A DNA stretch of 64,000 nt from Patescibacteria group bacterium. GTDB lineage: Bacteria > Patescibacteriota > Patescibacteriia > Buchananbacterales > UBA6539. The position numbers and the translations under genes are program-made. The notes below the pieces were generated by a model that did not search any database, had not been told where the DNA came from, and saw only the letters and a program-made list of their open reading frames with translations. The stretch spans positions 155,347 through 219,346 of the forward strand of contig JAVEXP010000001.1 in assembly GCA_034003985.1 (NCBI GenBank), read 5' to 3'. Shown here one piece after another: positions 16,661-26,478 of this stretch (positions are counted from its first letter, which is position 1; every line of letters starts with the position of its first letter).

Positions 16661-18241
16661 ATGCCTAATCATAAAAAAAATAATACCCATAAGCCGTTAG
16701 TATTTCTGATCCTTGACGGCTGGGGGATTGCTCCAAAGAGCCCGGCTAACGCCATTGAACTTGCCAAAAAACCAAATTTTGATTATTTGTGGAACAACTA
16801 TTCCCATACCAAACTTCAAGCATCGGGAAAATATGTCGGTTTACCCGATGATCAGCCTGGCAATTCCGAAGCCGGTCATATGAATATCGGCGCGGGGCGG
16901 GTGGTTGAACAGGATTCGGTGACGATTTCCAAGGCCATTAATACCGGAAAATTTTTTAAGAATCCGGCGTTTGAGGCCGCTTGTACTCATCTTCGGAAGA
17001 ATAAATCGAATTTGCATATTATGGGAATGCTTTCTGATGGTCAAAGCGCTCACAGCGACCCCGATCATTTATTGGCGCTGATTGCCTGGGCGCGAATGAA
17101 AAAAATCAGAAATGTTTATTTACATTTGTTTACTGACGGTCGTGATTCGCCGCCACATTCAGCACTGAAATCAGTCGAGGCCTTGATGCGACAGTTGAAA
17201 AATAAGGAGCAGGGCAGTCAGCGCAGCGGCGAGTGGATTGCCACAATCATGGGGCGATTTTACGCAATGGATCGGAAAAAGGCTTGGCCCCGGACGGAGC
17301 GGGCTTATCAGGCGATGGTTTTGGCCAGGGGCATTGGTGCCAAGAGTCCTCAGGCGGCAATTACCCAGTCTTATAATCGGGGCGAGACGGATGAATTTAT
17401 TCCGCCCTATGTCATGAAACGGGGAGGCAAACCAATCGCCAAAATCAAAGACGGCGACGCAATTTTATTTTTTAATTTACGGAGCGATCGGGCGCGCCAG
17501 TTAGCCAAACCGTTTGTCCAGCAAAATTTTACCGAAGACAATTCCAACAGCTTCAAGCGCCAGAAGGTTTTAAAAAATATTGTCTTTGTGGCCATGACCG
17601 ATTTCGGTCCTGATCTTGATTCGATTTTAACGGCTTTCCCATCTGATGATATCGTCGGCACTTTACCGATGGCATTAGCCGGCTATAAGCAGCTTTATAT
17701 TTCCGAAAAAGAAAAATACGCCCATGTAACTTATTTTATTAACGGCGGTTATCCTGATCCGGTGGCCGGTGAGAACAGAATATCAAAACCATCGCCGGAA
17801 GTGGCATCTTATGATCAAAAACCGGAAATGAGTGTTTATCAAGTGACTGCTGAAGTTTTGCGAGATTTGGATAAATATGATTTTATCGCCATTAATTTTG
17901 CCAATCCTGATATGGTTGGCCATACTGGGAACATTAAAGCGGCGATCAAAGCCGTTGAAGCCTGTGACAAGTGTTTGGGTAAAATAAAAGACAAAGTTCT
18001 ATCGCGTCGGGGGATATTGGTGATTACGGCTGATCACGGTAATGCCGATAAGATGCTGGACTTGGAAACCGCTGAAATGTATACTGAACATACTACCAAT
18101 CCGGTGCCTTTTATTATCGTTGAGCCAAAAAAAATTAGTCGGCGCTTGAAAAGAGGAAAATTGGGTGATATCGCGCCGACCATTTTAAAATTAATGAAAG
18201 TCAAAAAACCTAAACAAATGACTGGTAAACCTTTGTTTTAA
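16661..18241 (+). CDS. gpmI: 2,3-bisphosphoglycerate-independent phosphoglycerate mutase (iPGM), copy 1.
   Basis: LVFLILDGWGIAP, MGRFYAMDRKKAW, NFANPDMVGHTG and ITADHGNAD motifs. Confidence 0.9.
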   Translation: MPNHKKNNTHKPLVFLILDGWGIAPKSPANAIELAKKPNFDYLWNNYSHTKLQASGKYVGLPDDQPGNSEAGHMNIGAGRVVEQDSVTISKAINTGKFFKNPAFEAACTHLRKNKSNLHIMGMLSDGQSAHSDPDHLLALIAWARMKKIRNVYLHLFTDGRDSPPHSALKSVEALMRQLKNKEQGSQRSGEWIATIMGRFYAMDRKKAWPRTERAYQAMVLARGIGAKSPQAAITQSYNRGETDEFIPPYVMKRGGKPIAKIKDGDAILFFNLRSDRARQLAKPFVQQNFTEDNSNSFKRQKVLKNIVFVAMTDFGPDLDSILTAFPSDDIVGTLPMALAGYKQLYISEKEKYAHVTYFINGGYPDPVAGENRISKPSPEVASYDQKPEMSVYQVTAEVLRDLDKYDFIAINFANPDMVGHTGNIKAAIKAVEACDKCLGKIKDKVLSRRGILVITADHGNADKMLDLETAEMYTEHTTNPVPFIIVEPKKISRRLKRGKLGDIAPTILKLMKVKKPKQMTGKPLF

Positions 18242-18242
18242 T

Positions 18243-19829
18243 ATGGCTAATCAACAGATAAAACCGATAATGCTATTGATTCTCGACGGTTTTGGTGTTG
18301 CCCCGCCAAGTAATAGTAACGCGGTTTCTTTAGGTAAGAAACCGGTTTTGGATTATTTTATTGCCAATTATCCGACTTTGACATTGCAGGCATCGGGCGA
18401 AGCGGTTGGGTTGTCTTGGGGAGAAATGGGTAATTCGGAGGTCTGTCATCTTAATTTGGGTTCGGGGCAGATAATTTATCAGACTTTGCCGAAAATCAAC
18501 AAGTCAATTGAAGACGGGACGATCAAAAAAAATGATAAACTATTGAAAGCAATCGACCACGCCAAAAAAAATAAGTCAAAGCTTCATTTGATGGGGTTGG
18601 TGTCAAACGGCGGGGTACATTCTCATCATGATCATCTATATGCTTTATTGGAAATGTGCAAGGAACGGGGAGCCGGTGAAGTCTATATTCACGCTTTTTT
18701 GGACGGCCGCGACACGGCCAAAGACGGTGCCAAGGAATTTATCAAGTCGCTTCAAGCCAAGTTGACTGAAATGAAGTTTGGTCAAATTGCCAGCTTGAGC
18801 GGACGATATTATGCTATGGATCGCGATAATAATTGGGAGCGAGAAGAAAAAGCTTACCGGGCGATTGCTTTGGGGGATTCACCGGCCAAGTTTGATGATC
18901 CGGTCAAAGCGATTGAAACCTCATATGGTAATCAGGTGTTTGATGAGGAATTTATTCCGGCGGTGATTACCCGCGGCGGCAAGCCGGTGGCAACAGTCAA
19001 CGATAATGACGCGATGATATTTTTTAATTTTCGGGCTGATCGAGCCAGACAGTTGGCCGCGGTGTTTGCGGTTCCAGGATTTGATAAATTCGCCAAGCCG
19101 GCAGTCAAAAATTTTCAACTAACTACCTTTACTGAATACGAAAAGGATCTGCCGGTTGATGTAGCTTATCCCGATGAAGACATTCAGCTGCCACTGGCAA
19201 AACTTTTTTCGAATTTGAAACTAAAACAGCTCCATGCGGCCGAAACGGAAAAATACGCCCATGTTACTTTTTTCTTCAATGGTCGCAAAGAAGACCCGTT
19301 TGAAGGTGAGGATCGGATTTTGGTGCCGTCTCCGGCGGTTTCCAGTTATGATCAAAAACCGGAAATGAGCGTTAACGAATTAACGGCTAAGCTCCTTAAA
19401 GCAATTAAAACTAATCAGCATCATTTATATATTGTTAATTTTGCCAACCCGGATATGGTCGGACATACTGGCGTAATCCCCGCAGCTGTCAAGGCCGTTC
19501 AAGCCGTTGATAAAGCCATCGGCCAGCTTTGGGATGCTATGTCACAAGTCGGAGGAACGCTGATGATTACGGCCGACCACGGCAATTGCGACGAAATGAT
19601 TAATCTTCAAACGGGAGAAGTTTCCAAAGAACATAGCACTAACCCGGTGCCTTTTATTGTGGTTGGTGAACAATGGAAAGGCAAGAGCTTGGTTTCGGGG
19701 TTGGATAGTGCTAACGGTGATTTGAGTGTTTTGACGCCCTCGGGAATTTTGGCTGATATTTCGCCGACCATTCTAAAACTATTAGAGATTGACCAACCCT
19801 CGGACATGACCGGCAGTCCGCTGGTTTAA
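18243..19829 (+). CDS. gpmI: 2,3-bisphosphoglycerate-independent phosphoglycerate mutase (iPGM), copy 2. A tandem paralog.
   Basis: IMLLILDGFGVAP, SGRYYAMDRDNNW, NFANPDMVGHTG and ITADHGNCD motifs. Diverged from copy 1. Confidence 0.9.
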   Translation: MANQQIKPIMLLILDGFGVAPPSNSNAVSLGKKPVLDYFIANYPTLTLQASGEAVGLSWGEMGNSEVCHLNLGSGQIIYQTLPKINKSIEDGTIKKNDKLLKAIDHAKKNKSKLHLMGLVSNGGVHSHHDHLYALLEMCKERGAGEVYIHAFLDGRDTAKDGAKEFIKSLQAKLTEMKFGQIASLSGRYYAMDRDNNWEREEKAYRAIALGDSPAKFDDPVKAIETSYGNQVFDEEFIPAVITRGGKPVATVNDNDAMIFFNFRADRARQLAAVFAVPGFDKFAKPAVKNFQLTTFTEYEKDLPVDVAYPDEDIQLPLAKLFSNLKLKQLHAAETEKYAHVTFFFNGRKEDPFEGEDRILVPSPAVSSYDQKPEMSVNELTAKLLKAIKTNQHHLYIVNFANPDMVGHTGVIPAAVKAVQAVDKAIGQLWDAMSQVGGTLMITADHGNCDEMINLQTGEVSKEHSTNPVPFIVVGEQWKGKSLVSGLDSANGDLSVLTPSGILADISPTILKLLEIDQPSDMTGSPLV

Positions 19830-19924
19830 TTTTTTTATTTTATCAAGATTGACAAAAACCTCTTTTGGGGTTATTTTTTTAGTGGCGAAAAGACATTGGT
19901 TTATAACCATGGAGGGCTATTGCC

Positions 19925-20197
19925 ATGAACTTTGCAATCGGTGTTCACCTGCCTCCCCAAGCGATCGGGATTGATCCTGGTATCCGGACCAGATCCGGAT
20001 ATACGATTGGTCAGGAGGTTATAATCACCTCTGAGGCCTTCACTACCACTTGGAAGTTTGGCCATAATCTGGCCGGACGCAGCGGCCGGGTCGTGGGTTT
20101 TACTCGCGGTGGTGGGGTTGTCCTCGAAGTCGGTGGTGACGGTGAAACCATGATTACCCAGCGGGTCGAATTTCGGCCCAATAGTCGGTTCGCCTAG
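19925..20197 (+). CDS. GC-rich orphan small protein (90 aa, Gly-rich), hypothetical.
   Basis: GGAGGG RBS 9 nt upstream. Putative promoter TTGACA at 19847. Terminator hairpin plus T7 at 20229-20270. About 57% GC against about 40% in the flanks. A minus-strand ORF (19901-20212) overlaps but lacks these signals. Confidence 0.45.
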   Translation: MNFAIGVHLPPQAIGIDPGIRTRSGYTIGQEVIITSEAFTTTWKFGHNLAGRSGRVVGFTRGGGVVLEVGGDGETMITQRVEFRPNSRFA

Positions 20198-20228
20198 GAC
20201 CGGATGGGTCATCTTGATTACCCTTGAA

Positions 20229-20270
20229 TTTACAGTGTCGCTATCTTTGCCGACGGCGACACTATTTTTT
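20229..20270 (+). terminator. Intrinsic terminator: gtgtcgc...gcgacac followed by T7.
   Basis: Inverted repeat followed by tatttttttag. Confidence 0.5.
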
Positions 20271-20345
20271 TAGAAACAATAACTTGCCAAAAAGGCATTT
20301 TTTTGTTTAAATTAGATTGTGTTAGAATGTTGTAAACCCAACTAA

Positions 20346-21845
20346 TTGATTATGAAAGAAGAGATTAAATTTAGAATTCTGGAAATTATTCCAGGTTTTT
20401 TAGTATGGCTGACTTTGTTGGGGGTAGTGGCCTTGTCTTTCTTCCGGCCGCTGTGGGCCATTTATTTTATTATCGCGTTTGATTTGTATTGGTTGCTGCG
20501 AATCGGCTATATGCTGATTTATCTGCTTACTTCGTGGGCGAGATTTCGTTTTGATGCGAATATTGATTGGTTTGCCAAAGTTAAGGAGCTACCAAAAGAT
20601 TATCAGGAATATTATCATTTGATTTTTTTGCCGACCTATAAAGAGCCCTATCAGGTGGTCAAAAAGCCGTTTGACGCTTTAATCAATTCAAACTACAATC
20701 AGCGAAAATTTATCGTGGTTTTGGCCGGTGAAGAGCGCGACCAAGAAAATTTTTTGGCAATCGCGGGTAAGATCAAAGAAGAATTCGCCAGCCACTTTTT
20801 GGATTTATTAATTACCGTTCATCCTAAAGACATTCCAGGTGAACTGCCGGGCAAAGGTTCAAATACCAACTATGCGGGCCGGCAGGCCAAAGGGTTGATT
20901 GATCAAATGGGGTTGGATTACAGCAAAGTGATTGTTTCCAATTTTGATATTGATACCTGTGTTCATCCGCAATACTTTGCCTATCTGACTTATAAATATT
21001 TGACTCATCCCAGGCCGACTCGCGCCAGTTATCAGCCAATCGCGATTTACAATAACAATATCTGGCAATCCAACCCGATTGTTCGGGTAGTGGCCAGCTC
21101 AACCACTTTTTGGCTGTTCACCGATTTATCGCGGCCCGAAAGGCTATTTACCTTTTCTTCGCACAGTATGAGTTTTCAGGCGTTGGTTGATGTTGATTTT
21201 TGGGACAAGACAATTGTGACGGAAGATTCCAGAATTTTTTTACAATGTCTGGTTCGTTATGATGGTGACTATGAAACGGTGCCAATGTATATTCCGGTTT
21301 ATATGGATACGGTGGATATCGGCGATTTTCGCCGGAGTTTGGTTAATCAATATAAGCAAATGCGGCGTTGGGCTTGGGGGGTGGAACACTTTCCCTGGAT
21401 GGTTAAGCAGTTTTGGTTTAAGGACGGTCAGGGCAGAAAAGTGCCATTGGTGCGCAAGCTGAATTATTTATGGAATCAGACGGAAGGAGTATATTCCTGG
21501 GCGACAGCCCCATTGGTAATTTTTTTGACCGGTTATTTGCCATTGTGGCTGGCTTCAACCCAAGATCGATCAACCGCGCTTTTTCAGAATGCTCCCCATG
21601 TTTTGTCCTCGTTGATGAGGCTATCAATGGGCGGAATGATCGTGATTGCAATCTTGTATACCTTGATGTTACCCACCAAACCTAAAGGCTACGGTTTGAG
21701 TCATTATGTTGTGATGCTGTTGCAGTGGGTGATTGTCCCGGTAACTTTAATTATTTTTGGCTCGCTGCCGGCGGCTGACGCTCAAACCAGGTTGATGTTG
21801 GGCGGAAAATGGCGGCTGGGTTTTTGGGTAACCGAAAAGAAATAA
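20346..21845 (+). CDS. Membrane-embedded processive GT2 glycosyltransferase (cellulose/chitin-synthase-like, QxxRW motif).
   Basis: DxD-type motifs (SNFDIDT), QYKQMRRWAWG (Q-x-x-R-W), and multiple TM helices at both ends. Confidence 0.65.
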   Translation: MIMKEEIKFRILEIIPGFLVWLTLLGVVALSFFRPLWAIYFIIAFDLYWLLRIGYMLIYLLTSWARFRFDANIDWFAKVKELPKDYQEYYHLIFLPTYKEPYQVVKKPFDALINSNYNQRKFIVVLAGEERDQENFLAIAGKIKEEFASHFLDLLITVHPKDIPGELPGKGSNTNYAGRQAKGLIDQMGLDYSKVIVSNFDIDTCVHPQYFAYLTYKYLTHPRPTRASYQPIAIYNNNIWQSNPIVRVVASSTTFWLFTDLSRPERLFTFSSHSMSFQALVDVDFWDKTIVTEDSRIFLQCLVRYDGDYETVPMYIPVYMDTVDIGDFRRSLVNQYKQMRRWAWGVEHFPWMVKQFWFKDGQGRKVPLVRKLNYLWNQTEGVYSWATAPLVIFLTGYLPLWLASTQDRSTALFQNAPHVLSSLMRLSMGGMIVIAILYTLMLPTKPKGYGLSHYVVMLLQWVIVPVTLIIFGSLPAADAQTRLMLGGKWRLGFWVTEKK

Positions 21846-21853
21846 TTTTTATT

Positions 21854-22882
21854 ATGGCTAAAGTCTCAGTCCAAATTATCACCTGGAATTCAATGCGCTA
21901 TATTTTTGATTGTTTAGAATCATTGATGCGCCAGAATTTTCGGGATTTTTCGGTTATTATTATTGATAACGGTTCAGACGACGGAACAGTTGAATTTATC
22001 AGAAATAATTATCCAACAGTTTCGGTCTTACAAAATTTCAAGAATATCGGACTGTCTAAAGCCAATGATCAAGGGATTAAATTGGCCAAAGGAGAATATG
22101 TCTTGATAATGAATCCGGATGTCATTTTGGCGGCTAATTTCTTGCAGGATATCGTGAATTTTGCCGATCAACATCCGGAGGGAGGAGTATTCGGCTCCAA
22201 AGTTTTAAAGTTAAAAAGTGAGGCGATTGATCAAGGAGATCAAAATGGTCTGCGCGAATCAATCCGATCTAATATTATTGATTCGGCGGGGTTGGAAATT
22301 TTTAAAAGTCGGAAGGTCATTAACCGCGGTGAAGGCCAAAAAGATAATGGTCAATATGACCGGACTCAGGAAGTTTTTGGAATTTCCGGTGCTTGCGTGC
22401 TTTATCGCCGGAAAGCCCTAGAAGAGATTAAAATTCGGCAGGAATATTTTGATTATGATTTTTTTGCCTACAAAGAGGATATTGATATCTGCTGGCGGAT
22501 GCATTTGTATGGTTATGGCTGTTGGTATCACCCCCAGGCTGTTTGTTATCATTATCGGCGGCTGTCGGCGCCGGATGATAAAAATATCAGATCAATTGTC
22601 AAGTCGCGCAAAGAAGTTTCAAAAATGTTGCGGGCGCTGTCTTTTCGTAACCAACATTTGATGATTGTCAAAAATGACCAGTTCATAAATATTTTAATGG
22701 CCTGGCCATGGTTTTTATTTTGGGAATTGAAGATTATATTTTACGCTTTAATTTTTGAACCTTTCCAGTATCGGGAGATAGTAAAGTTTTTTAAACTATT
22801 GCCTTCAATGTTGCTGAAGCGCCGGACAATCATGGCTCATAAAGTAACTAAACCTAAAGAAATTAGAAAGTGGTTTATTTAA
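21854..22882 (+). CDS. GT2 family glycosyltransferase (rhamnosyl-/WbbL-like).
   Basis: ITWNSMRYI, IIIDNGSDDGT and a DxD region. Start taken at the internal ATG after the upstream gene's stop. Confidence 0.75.
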   Translation: MAKVSVQIITWNSMRYIFDCLESLMRQNFRDFSVIIIDNGSDDGTVEFIRNNYPTVSVLQNFKNIGLSKANDQGIKLAKGEYVLIMNPDVILAANFLQDIVNFADQHPEGGVFGSKVLKLKSEAIDQGDQNGLRESIRSNIIDSAGLEIFKSRKVINRGEGQKDNGQYDRTQEVFGISGACVLYRRKALEEIKIRQEYFDYDFFAYKEDIDICWRMHLYGYGCWYHPQAVCYHYRRLSAPDDKNIRSIVKSRKEVSKMLRALSFRNQHLMIVKNDQFINILMAWPWFLFWELKIIFYALIFEPFQYREIVKFFKLLPSMLLKRRTIMAHKVTKPKEIRKWFI

Positions 22883-22884
22883 CT

Positions 22885-23763
22885 ATGAAATTATCAATCA
22901 TTATTTTGAATTATAAGCAGCAAGGTTTGGTCAAGCAATGTCTTAAAGGGATAGTTACGGCTCAGCCGCAATTAGATTATGAGATAATTGTGGTTGATAA
23001 TAATTCAGAGGATGATACTTTGGCGATGGTTGTTTCATTGTTTGAACCAAAAGATGAAACTAAATCGCAGCTGGCTTTGCCAATTGTCGATAAATTAAAA
23101 ATTCCACCGATCAAGGCTATCCAATCAGGAATCAACGGCGGTTTTGCCGCCGGCAACAATTTAGGGATTGCTCAGGCGGCTGGTGAATACATTATGATTC
23201 TTAATCCCGATATTGCCATTTTGCCCGAATCATTGGAGCGCATGGTTGAATTTATGGATGCCCATAAAGATGTGGGAATGATTGGCCCGCGGTTGATTAA
23301 TCCGGATGGAACGGTTCAATATTCTTGTCGGCGGTTTCCCAATTTTATAACACCATTGTTGCGCCGAACATTTTTTGGCAAATTGCCAACCGGTAAAAAA
23401 TCAGTAGAATGGTATTTAATGAAAGACTTTGACCATTTGTCTAATCGCCAAGTCGATTGGTTATTTGGCGCTTGTCTGTTAGTCAGAAAGACTTTGATTA
23501 ACAGTATTGGCAAATTTGACGAGCGGTTCTTTATGTATTTCGAGGATCTTGACCTTTGCCGTCGGATTTGGCAAGTCGGAAGCAAAGTCGTTTATTTTTC
23601 GGAAGTTGAGTTGGTCCATTATCATCAAAGATTATCGGCTGAACGCAGTGGGGTACTTGGGATTTTTACTAAAGGCGGACGCGTTCATTTAATTTCTGGT
23701 GTTAAGTATTTTTTGAAATATTTTGGGATAAAATTGCCACCAACTAATGCTGGACAAATTTAG
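22885..23763 (+). CDS. GT2 family glycosyltransferase.
   Basis: IIILNYKQ, VVDNNSEDDT, ILNPDI and DLDLCRR motifs. Confidence 0.75.
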   Translation: MKLSIIILNYKQQGLVKQCLKGIVTAQPQLDYEIIVVDNNSEDDTLAMVVSLFEPKDETKSQLALPIVDKLKIPPIKAIQSGINGGFAAGNNLGIAQAAGEYIMILNPDIAILPESLERMVEFMDAHKDVGMIGPRLINPDGTVQYSCRRFPNFITPLLRRTFFGKLPTGKKSVEWYLMKDFDHLSNRQVDWLFGACLLVRKTLINSIGKFDERFFMYFEDLDLCRRIWQVGSKVVYFSEVELVHYHQRLSAERSGVLGIFTKGGRVHLISGVKYFLKYFGIKLPPTNAGQI

Positions 23764-23822
23764 TCAATTCTTCTAAGATAATATCACTCAAATTAGAATG
23801 AATTTAAGTAAAATTTACAATA

Positions 23823-24827
23823 ATGATTAAGAAAATCGGAATTGATTTGGGAACCATGAACTCTTTGGTCTATGTGCCAAAGAGGGGAATTGTAATTAAT
23901 GAACCATCGGTAGTGGCGGTGTCGATAGTTGATAAAAAAATTTTGGCAGTAGGAGTAGAAGCCAAAGAAATGTTGGGTCGAACTCCCGATACGATTATTG
24001 CGGTTCGGCCAATGCGCGACGGCGTAATTGCTGACTATAAGATAACCGCGGCAATGCTGCGCTATTTTGTAAATAAATCATTGGGTGGCGTTAGGTTGTT
24101 TAGGCCGGAAGTGATGGTGGCCGTGCCGGCCGGTATTACTTCGACTGAACGGCGGGCGGTGATTGACGCGACAATTGCGGCCGGCGCCAAAGCCGCTTAT
24201 ATTATCAAGGAACCAATCGTCGCGGCGATTGGCGCCGGTATTCCCATTGGTTCACCATCAGGACACATGATCATTGATATCGGCGGTGGAACTTCGGAAA
24301 TGGCGGTTATTTCGCTGGGTGGGATTGTGGCCTCAACCTCGGTGCGAGTAGGCGGCAACCGTTTTGACAGTGCGATTGCTGAATATATCAGACGGAAATA
24401 TAATTTGGCAATCGGCGAACGAACGGCCGAACGAATTAAGATTGACATTGGTTCGGCCATGTATATGGAAGAGCGTTTAACCAGCGAAGTCAGAGGGCGC
24501 GATGTTGTGACTGGCTTGCCGCGAACAATTAGTGTTAGTTCGGACGACATTACTGATGCCATCCAAGTTGAACTGGAAGGAATAATCCAAGCTGTTAAAG
24601 ATGTTTTACATAAAACCCCACCGGAGCTTTCAGCCGATGTGATTGACAAAGGCATTATTATGTCCGGCGGTTCAAGTTTGTTGCGCAATATTGATCAGTT
24701 GATTACTCAGGTTACCGGCGTACCGGCTTATATTGCTGATGAAGCTTTATTCTGCGTCGCCAAAGGCACGGGAATAGCTTTGGAAAATTTGGAGTCTTAC
24801 AAACGAAGCATTCTGGCAATCAAGTAG
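23823..24827 (+). CDS. mreB: MreB/Mbl-family actin-like protein, paralog 1.
   Basis: IGIDLGTMNSLVYV, DIGGGTSE and an actin-fold ATPase motif pattern. Confidence 0.85.
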   Translation: MIKKIGIDLGTMNSLVYVPKRGIVINEPSVVAVSIVDKKILAVGVEAKEMLGRTPDTIIAVRPMRDGVIADYKITAAMLRYFVNKSLGGVRLFRPEVMVAVPAGITSTERRAVIDATIAAGAKAAYIIKEPIVAAIGAGIPIGSPSGHMIIDIGGGTSEMAVISLGGIVASTSVRVGGNRFDSAIAEYIRRKYNLAIGERTAERIKIDIGSAMYMEERLTSEVRGRDVVTGLPRTISVSSDDITDAIQVELEGIIQAVKDVLHKTPPELSADVIDKGIIMSGGSSLLRNIDQLITQVTGVPAYIADEALFCVAKGTGIALENLESYKRSILAIK

Positions 24828-24860
24828 TTTTAGCTAAACTGCCCGGCAGGAGGGTAAGCG

Positions 24861-25037
24861 ATGGGTTCAAATGGCAGCATTTCTACCAATGAGCCATTGG
24901 CAGAGGCTCAGCAGCGAGACGGCTGTTATGCCGTCGGATTGGCCAGGGGCTTATCAGTGGCTGTTTTGATGCAAATTTGGAATGCCAAATCCGAAGATGA
25001 ACGGAGGGCAATATTGGCGAGGTATTCCAAAAGATAG
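24861..25037 (+). CDS. Small hypothetical protein (58 aa) in a GC-rich patch.
   Basis: I read the ORF manually. GGAGGG RBS lies 8 nt upstream of the ATG at 24861. A hairpin plus T-run follows. Not in the track because it is under 60 aa. Confidence 0.35.
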   Translation: MGSNGSISTNEPLAEAQQRDGCYAVGLARGLSVAVLMQIWNAKSEDERRAILARYSKR

Positions 25038-25197
25038 CCAGGAGACTGGCTGGCTCGTTTTGGTTTTTCCCCGCGGTTTTGGCTAAGGGGTCTTTTTTTT
25101 AAAAAAAATGGCGAGGGGCGGCTTGACGCCGATACTCACCTTATTGTCTCAAATCAGTCCAAATAAACCCGTGCTTGGAGTTTATTGTCGCTCCCGC

Positions 25198-25347
25198 CTA
25201 TCTCAGGGGCAAGTTAGCAATGGTCAATCCCATCATTCTGGCAATATCAGACAGATCAAATCCGTTTTCGGGGATTGGCGGTTCCGGCCTGCTGGGCGTG
25301 ACTGATGATGTCGACGGCAGCGGCTTTGGCAGTTGGGCGTTTAACAC
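25198..25347 (-). CDS. Small Pro-rich hypothetical protein (49 aa from a GTG start; the track's longer version begins at 25395).
   Basis: AGGAGG lies 8 nt upstream of GTG at 25347 on the minus strand. Convergent with the 24861 ORF across a T8A8 bidirectional terminator-like tract at 25094-25109. Confidence 0.3.
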   Translation of the reverse strand: MLNAQLPKPLPSTSSVTPSRPEPPIPENGFDLSDIARMMGLTIANLPLR

Positions 25348-25445
25348 AGTCAATTCCTCCTGATTGTTTTTGTTGATTGGTTTGAGTAAATCCACATTAG
25401 TTTAACTGAGGTGGATGAATATCATTATCAGTCAAGGTGATTTCT

Positions 25446-25473
25446 TTGTCAAGAGCGATAATTTTGTTATAAT
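25446..25473 (+). promoter_or_regulatory. Sigma70-like promoter: TTGTCA, 16-nt spacer, TATAAT. The -10 ends 6 nt before the ATG, so the mRNA may be leaderless.
   Basis: ttgtca at 25446-25451 and tataat at 25468-25473. Start codon at 25480. Confidence 0.45.
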
Positions 25474-25479
25474 TTATCT

Positions 25480-26478
25480 ATGAAAAAAATGTTAAAAAAA
25501 TTAAGCTTGGTGCTGGCAGTAACCGTCGTTTTAGCTGGTTTTTGGGCTTGGGCGTTTTCTTTAGATTTCACTCAACCTTCGCCGATTTTTGGGGTAACTT
25601 TCAGTAATAAATATGCCAGCAGCCTGGGACTTGATTGGCGCCAGTCTTATTTGGCCATTCTCGACGATCTGGCGGTAAGCCATTTACGGCTGGTTGCCTA
25701 TTGGGACGAGATTGAAGCTGCTGAAGACCATTTTGTTTTTGAGGATTTAGATTGGCAAATAAATCAAGCTACTGAACGCGGGCGAAAAATAATTTTGGTG
25801 GTCGGCCGCCGTTTACCCCGCTGGCCGGAATGCCATGATCCCAACTGGCTGTCAGACCTTTCGGAGTTGGCCATTCAGCAGCAGCAATTAGAATTTGTTC
25901 GCGAGACGGTAAATCGCTATAAAGATAATGCGGCAATTACCGCCTGGCAGGTAGAAAATGAGCCGCTTTTTAACTGGTTTGGCGAGTGTCCCAAAGCAAA
26001 CAAAAATTTTTTGAAGCAGGAAATAGATTTGGTTAAATCTTTGGATACTCGGCCGATTATTATTACCGACAGCGGTGAACTGAATCATTGGCAGGCAGCG
26101 GCGGGAATGGCCGATTGGCTTGGTATTACGATGTATCGGATTGTTTGGAATAAATATTTGGGATTTTGGGATTATTTTTTTGTACCCAGCGCTGCTTATC
26201 GCTGGAAAGCGGATTTGACCAAATATTGGCATCCTGGATTGGAAAAAATTATGGTCACGGAATTGCAAATGGAACCTTGGACGCTGGATAAAAATATGAC
26301 TGATTTGACCATTGAGCAGCAGCAAAGGTCATTTGATTTGCAAAGATTTAATAATAACATTGCTTATGTTAAATCCGCCGGGTTTGATGAAGTTTACCTG
26401 TGGGGAGCGGAATATTGGTATTGGCTTAAACAACAAAATCATCCGGAAATTTGGGATCAGGCCAAAACATTATGGTGA
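25480..26478 (+). CDS. Clan GH-A glycoside hydrolase (GH5-like), membrane-anchored or secreted.
   Basis: N-terminal hydrophobic segment. The acid/base motif WQVENEP and the nucleophile motif VTELQ are on the expected beta-strand positions. Confidence 0.6.
   Translation: MKKMLKKLSLVLAVTVVLAGFWAWAFSLDFTQPSPIFGVTFSNKYASSLGLDWRQSYLAILDDLAVSHLRLVAYWDEIEAAEDHFVFEDLDWQINQATERGRKIILVVGRRLPRWPECHDPNWLSDLSELAIQQQQLEFVRETVNRYKDNAAITAWQVENEPLFNWFGECPKANKNFLKQEIDLVKSLDTRPIIITDSGELNHWQAAAGMADWLGITMYRIVWNKYLGFWDYFFVPSAAYRWKADLTKYWHPGLEKIMVTELQMEPWTLDKNMTDLTIEQQQRSFDLQRFNNNIAYVKSAGFDEVYLWGAEYWYWLKQQNHPEIWDQAKTLW

Noticed and set aside
19901-20212. Minus-strand 103-aa ORF overlapping the GC-rich 90-aa plus-strand ORF.
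   Set aside because: The promoter-like, SD and terminator signals are all on the plus strand. In a GC-rich segment long antisense ORFs are expected by chance. I kept it only as an alternative in a finding.
25108-25363. Plus-strand ORFs 25108-25305 and 25175-25363 in the GC-rich patch.
   Set aside because: They start inside the T8A8 terminator tract and lack an SD. The minus-strand Pro-rich ORF with an AGGAGG-GTG start accounts for the region better.
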